From: Octopus sinensis
Taxonomy: Eukaryota
Assembly: GCF_006345805.1 (NCBI RefSeq)
Contig: NW_021829771.1
Location: forward strand, 1-5,938
Length of the DNA stretch: 5,938 nucleotides
Direction of reading: 5' to 3'
In this document: positions 1-5,938 of the stretch, piece after piece
Layout: each line of letters opens with the position of its first letter
Position numbering within the stretch: the stretch's first letter is position 1
The notes under the pieces: model-generated
Databases searched by the model: none
What the model was told of the DNA's origin: nothing
Seen by the model: only the letters and a program-made list of their open reading frames with translations
Made by a program: the position numbers and the translations under genes

Positions 1-70
1 ATATATATATATATATAATTTATATATGTATGTATGTATGTATGTATGTGTGTATGTATGTGGTATGTAT
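1..70. repeat. Compound microsatellite (AT)n grading into (TATG)n
   Basis: atatatat... followed by gtatgtatgtatgtatg... read directly. Confidence 0.95.
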
Positions 71-411
71 GGTGTTGTATATGGCGCAGATTTAACTCAC
101 CCTTCCACTTTTTGTGAAATACGTAGAAAAGATTGGAGATAGTGATTCTGAAAAAAAGTCATGTTTGTAAAATGACATTTATTCAAAAGAAAAAAAATAA
201 ACCTCACCTCCCGATTCTACGGTTTTCAACCAGGCTATCTACAAGCTAGAAATAACAGCCATACCTCGAGCGAACTTTTGGGGCACATAATTACAGCCTC
301 TGTACGAATGCTTTGCATTTTACCCCATGGGGCAACGGAGTCACTTCGTTACTATCATCTACTCTCTTGTAGTTCCTTCTTTTCAGTTTCTATTTCTTTC
401 TCCTTCGTTCT

Positions 412-570
412 GTGGAAGTGCATGGCTCAGTGGTGAGATCGTCAGGCTCACACTCTCGAGATAGTGAGATCGATTCATGGAACGGATCTGTGCACAGTGC
501 AGTCTTTGGTTCCTGTCCAGCCCATGCCAGAAAATAACAGGGATGTTAGATGATGATGACAATGATGATG
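412..570 (+). mobile_element. Internally deleted tRNA-derived SINE remnant (Pol III head plus (GAT)n tail)
   Basis: A-box TGGCTCAGTGG at 423-433. B-box-like GATCGATTC at 468-476 has one mismatch to GTTCRANNC and tRNA-like spacing. The 3' end ccagcccatgccag...gatgttagatgatgatgacaatgatgatg finishes in a GAT repeat. Resemblance to octopus SINEs is from recall, not a search. Confidence 0.7.
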
Positions 571-755
571 TTATTTACTTTGTTAATGATGACAATCAAG
601 GAAAATCCGTTGTTTCCAATTCGTCGCCTGGCTGCAAACATTTAAAGACCTTACGTTGAGTGTAAACATGAAGAAAAAATTTGGTCTACCTTAGGTTAGA
701 GATGGGCGTTAACCACTCACGTTTCATTTATTTAGGAGCTAGAGAAGTCTTCATA

Positions 756-791
756 TGTTGTGTGTGTATGTGCGGCGTGTGTGTGTGTGTG
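756..791. repeat. Imperfect (GT)n microsatellite
   Basis: tgttgtgtgtgtatgtgcggcgtgtgtgtgtgtgtg. Confidence 0.9.
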
Positions 792-795
792 AGTC

Positions 796-983
796 TTCAT
801 GTTTAGGTGTGTCCTTATCCTACGATCGCAGCCTGACACGGTTGTGCCTTTGTTTATGTCTCCAGAAAGCAACTTTCATTGATAGAGGACGGAAGAATAA
901 GGACAGATTACAAAAAAATAATTAATCAGATCCAGTTAATCCGCCGAAAACGCTTCAAGGCGGTGCACAAGCATTGCCAAGTC
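796..983 (+). mobile_element. SINE 3' half, copy 1 of a tandem duplication
   Basis: Aligns colinearly with 1040-1227, including a 34-nt exact match (881-914 = 1124-1157). Ends in cttcaaggcggtgcacaagcattgcc, a variant of the ttcaaggcggtgccccagcatggcc tail I recall from octopus SINEs. Confidence 0.65.
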
Positions 984-1040
984 TGTATGTGTGTGTGTGT
1001 ATGTGTGTGTGTGTATGTGTGTGTGCGTGTGTGTATGTGT
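984..1040. repeat. (GT)n/(GTAT) microsatellite
   Basis: tgtatgtgtgtgtgtgtatgtgtgtgt... read directly. Confidence 0.95.
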
Positions 1041-1253
1041 TCATGTTTATGTGTGTCCTTATCCTATGATCGCAGCCTAGCACGGTGTTGCTTTGTTTAT
1101 GTCTCTATAAAGCAAAGTTCAGCGATAGAGGACGGAAGAATAAGGACAGATTACAAATACATAAATAAACAGGTAAAGCTAACCCGACGGAGACGCTTCA
1201 AGGCGGTGCCCCAGCATGGCCACAATCCAATGAATGAAAGAAATCCAAGGAAA
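1040..1253 (+). mobile_element. SINE 3' half, copy 2, with A-rich 3' end
   Basis: Paralog of 796-983. Contains cttcaaggcggtgccccagcatggccacaatccaatgaatgaaag followed by a purine-rich tail. Confidence 0.7.
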
Positions 1254-1260
1254 TGAGCAA

Positions 1261-1313
1261 TTTACTAAAACCTTCGATGTAAGGATGTGCTATGGAGCTT
1301 ATTACTGCATTAC
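1261..1313 (+). pseudogene. Possible tiny LINE (RTE-like) RT relic
   Basis: With one frameshift it translates FTKTFDVR/DVLWSLLLHY, resembling the non-LTR RT motif F.KAFD.V.R..LW..L..Y. Very short, so it could be chance. Confidence 0.25.
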
Positions 1314-1351
1314 TCCAGGTTTCCGAGAGAGAGAAGAGAAGTAGAATGATT

Positions 1352-1370
1352 TATATATATATATAATATA
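1352..1370. repeat. (TA)n tract at the left flank of the PLE
   Basis: tatatatatatataatata. Confidence 0.85.
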
Positions 1371-1390
1371 CAAAAAGCAATAAAGATTCA

Positions 1391-1494
1391 TTAATTTAAA
1401 TGAAAGTAAGAAAGTTAATTTAATGAAAGTTAATTTAATGAAAGTTAATTTAATGAAAGTTAATTTAAATGAAAGTTAATTTGAAGAAAGTAAA
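1391..1494 (+). repeat. 15-bp tandem repeat (TAATGAAAGTTAATT) at the 5' truncation point of the PLE
   Basis: Three exact units at 1421-1435, 1436-1450 and 1451-1465. A unit with one extra A at 1466-1481. Degenerate units at 1391-1420 and 1482-1494. Confidence 0.95.
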
Positions 1495-1909
1495 CATGGA
1501 AATGAAAGAGATCATGGAAAAGCTAAATTTACGGATAGAACGGAGCCACTTAAACCATGTGAGCCCAGGATCAATCTTAAAGACCACAAAAGAACTTCTT
1601 GGAAAACCCTTCGGTAAGGTTGATCTGTCAACTAGGTCGGACATTGGCCGACTTAGTAAATCTATCTTGGATACTGTTCTCTACCCCCAAAACCCCTCTT
1701 CTCCCCTTAAACCTATGGCTAAGTACCGATGAAGTTCTAAAATGGTTTAACTCTCTAACTAATACTAGTAGTCTGTCCTTTATTCAGTTCGATATTAATA
1801 GTTATTACTCTTAGCATTTCCCCTATCTTACTCAACAAATCACTAATATTTGCCATGAATCGCTCCCTCATATCTAGAGAAGAAATCAATATTGTACTAC
1901 TCTAGCTAG
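1469..1909 (+). pseudogene. Frameshifted N-terminal part of the PLE reverse transcriptase
   Basis: Stitching frames gives KVNMEMKEIMEKLNLRIE / PLKPCEPRINLKDHK (1546-1590) / ENPSVRLIC / TRSDIGRLSKSILDTVL / LNLWLSTDEVLKWFNSLTNTSSLSFIQFDINSYYS (first catalytic Asp at 1791-1793) / SISPILLNKSLIFAMNRSLISREEINIVL / LARK. The listed ORFs 1469..1732 and 1599..1814 are pieces of this. Confidence 0.88.
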
Positions 1910-1978
1910 GAAACATTTATAGAATTTGAAGATAAATTATGGACTAGAGCAGATACACCAAATTTTTTTGATATACCA

Positions 1979-3625
1979 ATGGGTTCCAGTGATTCGGCTG
2001 AGGTAACCAACCTAGTAGGCGCATATCTATTAAAATGCATAAGCAAGGATATCCCAGAATTACAGGGGGGTCTATATAGGGACGATGCTCTGTTTGTTAT
2101 CCCTAGTAATAATAAATCTGTTATAGAAAGGATTAGAAAGAAAATTAATAAGTTCTTTAGGGATTTCAACCTCAGTATAACGTATGAACCGGGCACTAAA
2201 ATAGTTAATTTCCTAGATACTACGCTAGACCTCAACTCCAAACTACATTACCCATTTAGAAAGGAAGGTGAAATCACGAATTACGTAAATAAATTATCAA
2301 ATCATCCCCCAAATATTATAGAATCTCTAGTAAGAAATATTTCATTAAGAATTTCAAAATTATCATCCAATAAGGATATTTTTAACTCCCATTCTGAGCA
2401 TTATAATGCGGCGTTAACTAAGGCTGGATACAACCAAAAGATTACATTCGTTGATAAGGGGAACTCACGTATTCCTAATAATGAAGTTATCAATAATCAC
2501 GTAAGCAGCAATAAAGACCAAGCCCGAAATAAAAGTAGAATTAAACTAACGGTAAACGCTAATATAGCGTATAAGCCCAACAATTCAAATAGAAACATTG
2601 ACCAGAACATAGGTAACTCGGATAGTATTGAAGTAGATAAACCTAAGATGCACACAAATAAAAATAAAAATAATGGTAGCAAATACAATAACTCCGGTGA
2701 GATGAATAGTAATAATTCTACGAACCCTAAATTTAATAAAAAAAATATATTATGGCTGAATATTCCTTTCAACTGTGCGATACAATCGGATATACAGAAC
2801 AAATTCAAAGTGATTCTGGAAAAAAATTTCCCTATCTCTCATAGATATCATAGAATTATTTCTAGGAAAACAGTTAGGATTTCTTATTCAACCCTCCCAA
2901 ATATGTCCACTTTAATAGCTAAGATTAATAATAACAACATTAAACTAGCCAGGAAAGATAGAAATATAAATAATAATAATAATAATAATAATAATATCAG
3001 CATGAATTCCAATAGCAATTGTAATAATACTACCAACAATAAAAGCAACAATAGTAACTATCAAAACATAGATGAAATTAGTAACCACAGAATGACTAAT
3101 AACATTAACATTAATAGTAATAATAGCAATGCCGATATTAGTAGAAGTAATAATGTTAATAATAGAAATAATAGAAATAGGGAAAATAGAGAAAATAAGG
3201 AGAATGAAAATATTAGTGATATCTATAACAACAATATGCAGTCGGATAAAAAGACTAGCAATAATATTAGCATTACCAATAATATAAGAAATCATGGTAG
3301 GACTTTAGATCTAAATAATGAAACAGAAGGATCAAGAAATAATAGCAATACTTTAGATATCAGCACCAACTATAGAAATGATAATCAAAATAATAGGAAC
3401 CTAAAACATCTACCCAAGAATAATCCAAAGCCTGAAGGTGTTCCTCCTGTGTGTAAGTGTAGAATAAAATCAAAATGCCCGGCACCTGGTCTATGTGGAG
3501 AAAATAATGTAATCTATAAATGTACCATATCCACGGAGAATAACAAATATCATTACATTGGATGTACAATTAATTTTTTAGCTAGAGTTAGAAATCACAT
3601 CTCGACTTTTAAATTAACGTCATAA
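1979..3625 (+). CDS. PLE polyprotein core: RT palm/thumb, Asn-rich linkers, Cys-rich motif and start of GIY-YIG endonuclease (fragment of a disrupted ORF)
   Basis: MGSSDSAEVTNLVG (1979-), GLYRDD (YRDD 2075-2086), NFLD (2207-2218), SNHPP (2297-2311), NILWLNIPF (2744-2770), SYSTLPNM (2882-2905), CKCR-x4-CP-x4-C (3452-3496), VIY (3509-3517), YIG (3554-3562), then R..NH. The frame is open from 1910, so the Met at 1979 is the internal MGS motif and not a true start. Confidence 0.93.
   Translation: MGSSDSAEVTNLVGAYLLKCISKDIPELQGGLYRDDALFVIPSNNKSVIERIRKKINKFFRDFNLSITYEPGTKIVNFLDTTLDLNSKLHYPFRKEGEITNYVNKLSNHPPNIIESLVRNISLRISKLSSNKDIFNSHSEHYNAALTKAGYNQKITFVDKGNSRIPNNEVINNHVSSNKDQARNKSRIKLTVNANIAYKPNNSNRNIDQNIGNSDSIEVDKPKMHTNKNKNNGSKYNNSGEMNSNNSTNPKFNKKNILWLNIPFNCAIQSDIQNKFKVILEKNFPISHRYHRIISRKTVRISYSTLPNMSTLIAKINNNNIKLARKDRNINNNNNNNNNISMNSNSNCNNTTNNKSNNSNYQNIDEISNHRMTNNININSNNSNADISRSNNVNNRNNRNRENRENKENENISDIYNNNMQSDKKTSNNISITNNIRNHGRTLDLNNETEGSRNNSNTLDISTNYRNDNQNNRNLKHLPKNNPKPEGVPPVCKCRIKSKCPAPGLCGENNVIYKCTISTENNKYHYIGCTINFLARVRNHISTFKLTS
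2969..2995 (+). repeat. (AAT)9 encoding poly-Asn
   Basis: Nine consecutive AAT codons in frame. Confidence 0.95.
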
Positions 3626-3872
3626 AGCTGGTACCCCCACAACTTTCAAACAAAATCTGGGAACTCAAAATAATAATAAAATTATAAAAAATTAGGGAAT
3701 AGTTAAGAGAGCAATTCCGTATAAAAATAGTAGGGTTGGTTTCCAACTATGCTCCATGGAGACATATGAAATTCTAAAGCATAGAAAACATGGAAACCTA
3801 TTGAATAACCATATCGAACTAGGTCAAGTTTGTGTCCACGCTAAATTGAAGACTTTAAAATATTTTAAATGA
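3618..3872 (+). pseudogene. Frameshifted C-terminal half of the GIY-YIG endonuclease
   Basis: QLSNKIWELK at 3640-3669, then in another frame IVKRAIPYKNSRVGFQLCSMETYEILKHRKHGNLLNNHIELGQVCVHAKLKTLKYFK-TGA (3699-3872). This contains the expected LC..E, LLN...EL and C.H motifs. Confidence 0.85.
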
Positions 3873-4613
3873 TTAGAATATTCGTAACTAGATAGATTGA
3901 TATAACCTGTTTTCTACTGGTATAGCACTGCTTTAAGTAGATAAATAAGAGTTCTCACACTACAGTTATCTTTGTCCTATATCTGCATCAGTTTTTTGAG
4001 AACAGGGAAATGAATAGCACTTATTCGCTGCTTAATTGAGGCTTTATTTAATTTCAAACTCACAATTTTTAAATTTTTTAAATTCTTAATTTTAAATCTT
4101 AATTGTAATTTTTAATTTTAGTTCCCAACTTAATCTAATTTAATTAGCATAACTCTAATTAATTAGAATGAGTTACTATAGACCCATAATTCTACTTCAA
4201 AATTAAATAAATGAGACTATTCCCTCGGTGATAATATGATTATCTTCATTATGATAGACAATCCCCTAACACCTTTTAAATGATCTTCTAAGATTTGACC
4301 TGTAGTCCGTCATGTATGAATAATAAGGCAACTCCTTAAGACAATAAAATGAATAAATTAAATAAGTAAATTTTAATGACTTTTGATAAGATTATACCTA
4401 GTTTTCCCTAATGTATTTTCTGGTGATTTTAGCATCGACCCCGAAACCCCTAACTGTGTTATCTCTTTAGATTCTCTTTAAATTCATAGCTGGTTTCAAC
4501 AGCAATAAATTAGCTGTTTAACTGGTCAAAGAATAATATTCTCCCCTAATTCCTAGATGCCTGTAAACTAAAACCAACTTGTCGTCTACTAGTTCTTTCT
4601 GTATAACTAGAAA

Positions 4614-4870
4614 CTTTTTTTCTTTTTTTCTTTCTTCTTTCTTCTTTTTTCTTTTTCTTTTTCTTCTTTTTCTCTCCTCCTTTTCTTTCTCTCTTTTTCC
4701 TCCTTCCCTATTTCTTTCTCTTTTCCTCTTTTTTCTTTTCTCTTCTTATTCTCTTTTTCCTTTTCTTTCTCTTTGAACCCCCCTTCCCCCCCTTTTTTGC
4801 TCCTCCTCTTTTATTTTCTCTCTATTTTATTTTCTCTCTTTTCTTCTATTGCCCTTCCCTCTTCTATTCT
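4614..4870. repeat. About 255-nt polypyrimidine (C/T) low-complexity tract
   Basis: Almost only C and T on the + strand (tttc/ttctc units). Confidence 0.95.
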
Positions 4871-5230
4871 ATACACTCTATAGAGCTCTTCAGCCTTAAA
4901 AGTTAAATAGCTACAGCCTCTTAAATAGCAGTAATTTGATTAATATGGCAAATACCTATTCATATAGCAAGATTTGATACCTACCATTGTGTTCAACCAT
5001 TGATAAATTTATCGCCGATGAATATGAAATTCCTTGAAATTACACCTACACCATTGGAAATTGTGCATCTATACAAAGGATTAATTCACCCTCTCTGTAA
5101 TGCTAATAAGCAGGAATTGAAACCCACCTCGTTGTAATGGACAATGGATAAATTTTCCTTTCTGTGAGTATGTAACCCCTCATCATATCTCTGGAAATTC
5201 ATATGTGCACTATGGATCGGGTCACCTTCT

Positions 5231-5303
5231 CTGTGATACTATTAAGACTTTTTTGAAATTCTGTGATGCTATTAAGACTTTTTTGAAATTATGTGATAAG
5301 ACT
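5231..5303 (+). repeat. 30-bp tandem duplication plus a partial third unit
   Basis: ctgtgatactattaagacttttttgaaatt (5231-5260) and ctgtgatgctattaagacttttttgaaatt (5261-5290) differ at one base, followed by atgtgataagact. Confidence 0.95.
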
Positions 5304-5410
5304 GTACATCATCTTTAAAGAACTTTAATGAACTTTTGAAATCTGTTAATTATCTACATTACTTCATGAGTATAGCCTCAACAACTAGGATGTCTAAGGA
5401 CTCACATGTA

Positions 5411-5501
5411 TTTTAAGCTGATGAGTACGGGACACGTTTATATGCTGTAATTTTTGGCAACTTTTAATAAAACCTCCTTGTATGAAACGATCGTACTAAA
5501 A
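5411..5501 (+). ncRNA. Type I hammerhead ribozyme at the PLE 3' end
   Basis: Core CUGAUGA 5418-5424. Stem II GUACGGG 5425-5431 pairs with CUUGUAU 5477-5483. GAAA 5484-5487. Palindromic stem III ACGAUCGU 5487-5494. Cleavage triplet GUA 5493-5495. Stem I UUUUAAG 5411-5417 pairs with CUAAAA 5496-5501 with one bulged A. Confidence 0.85.
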
Positions 5502-5531
5502 ACCTATCCATTCTTGTTGCTTCATTCTCGC

Positions 5532-5532
<1 letters not shown>

Positions 5533-5577
<45 letters not shown>
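5533..5577. repeat. (TA)n tract at the right boundary of the PLE
   Basis: About 22 TA units with one interruption. Confidence 0.97.
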
Positions 5578-5579
<2 letters not shown>

Positions 5580-5580
<1 letters not shown>

Positions 5581-5938
5581 TCTTACAATATATACTGTGA
5601 CTGGTTGCTGAAATGTGGAAGTGTTATACCTCGACGTTGCAAACGCCGATAAATGTTGATAAAGTTTTATCATGGAACGATATGTCACAAACTTTGTGAT
5701 CTTGGCATAGTTGGAAAATTGTGAGAATGGCTTCATGACTTTCTGAAGGATAGAAGTCAGGTGGTAGTAGCCAATGGGGCTACCTCCAATGATACGCAAA
5801 TAGGACCGGTGTCCCGCAAGGCTCTGTTTTGGGAGCACTTCTGTCATATTGTCCCTCTCAGAATGCCCTCAGAACGCCACGATCACAAGTTATGCAGATG
5901 ATACAAATTTCACAGGTAACACAGAACCCTGAAGACAC
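5580..5938 (+). mobile_element. Decayed non-LTR retrotransposon (CR1-like LINE) RT fragment
   Basis: NVEVLYLDVANA (5612-) / DKV / HGTICHKLCDLGIVGKL*EWLHDFLKDRSQVVVANGATSNDTQI (5671-) / GVPQGSVLG (5808-5834) / SYADDT (YADD 5891-5902). Contains stops and frameshifts. Confidence 0.88.

Larger units (their letters stand above)
1391..5532 (+). mobile_element. Penelope-like retroelement (RT + C-terminal GIY-YIG, probably Naiad clade), 5'-truncated
   Basis: PLE-type RT motifs, GIY-YIG endonuclease, long 3' non-coding region ending in a hammerhead ribozyme, and (TA)n on both sides. Boundaries are inferred from the (TA)n tracts and the ribozyme. No upstream pLTR copy is visible. Confidence 0.88.

Noticed and set aside
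225-418. Possible remnant of another repeat's terminal region (pyrimidine-rich, ending ttctgtggaag)
   Set aside because: Only a vague resemblance from memory. No ribozyme core or coding motif is present to support it.
412-485. Functional tRNA gene
   Set aside because: A and B boxes are present, but there is no clean acceptor stem or cloverleaf and the sequence runs into a SINE-like tail.
477-659. 60-aa ORF with poly-Asp
   Set aside because: The Asp run is the SINE (GAT)n tail. No other coding evidence.
879-1256. 125-aa ORF with Cys/Val repeats and an internal repeat
   Set aside because: Product of the (GT)n microsatellite and the SINE tandem duplication, with a TTG start.
1391-1494. CRISPR-like array
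   Set aside because: Units are head-to-tail with no spacers, there are no cas genes, and the context is eukaryotic.
1906-3569. Minus-strand ORFs 1906..2241, 2497..2808, 2945..3295 and 3360..3569
   Set aside because: Antisense shadows of the PLE ORF. The Ile/Leu richness mirrors the AAT-rich codons on the + strand.
3452-3872. Selenoprotein recoding, known in some Naiad PLEs (in-frame UGA at Cys positions plus SECIS)
   Set aside because: All Cys-motif codons here are TGT/TGC (3452, 3458, 3476, 3494, 3831), and the missing CxxC Cys is TTC. TGA 3870-3872 follows the last motif and behaves as a stop. I could not identify a SECIS by eye, and a SECISearch run on 3873-5532 would settle it.
4579-4776. 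65-aa Phe/Leu/Ser-rich ORF resembling a membrane peptide
   Set aside because: Translation of the polypyrimidine tract.
5015-5040. Second hammerhead-like core CCGATGA-atat-GAAA
   Set aside because: Core has C in place of the conserved U, stem II is essentially absent, and no convincing stem I or III forms.
5539-5847. 102-aa minus-strand ORF
   Set aside because: Antisense to the CR1-like RT relic and ends in (TA)n-derived YIYI.
5929-5938. CTGAAGA at the window end as a hammerhead core
   Set aside because: Lies in the LINE RT relic just after YADD and is cut off by the window edge, so it cannot be evaluated.

Overview
AT-rich, repeat-dense eukaryotic DNA with no host gene. The SINE fragments resemble octopus/cephalopod SINEs from memory, so the host assignment is inference. 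The main feature is a 5'-truncated Penelope-like retroelement (PLE, + strand, about 1391-5532) lying between two (TA)n tracts. It encodes a reverse transcriptase (LKDHK, FIQFDI, MGS..AEV..LVG, GLYRDD, NFLD, SNHPP) fused to a C-terminal Cys-rich/GIY-YIG endonuclease, and the motif pattern fits the Naiad clade best. The reading frame is open from 1910 to 3625, carries two long Asn-rich linkers, and is broken by clustered frameshifts at both ends. A 1.66 kb 3' non-coding region ends in a type I hammerhead ribozyme (5411-5501) with a palindromic minimal stem III and an unusually long stem II/loop II that contains AATAAA. The left flank has microsatellites, a tRNA-derived SINE remnant and a tandemly duplicated SINE 3' half. 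The right flank is a decayed CR1-like LINE RT fragment.
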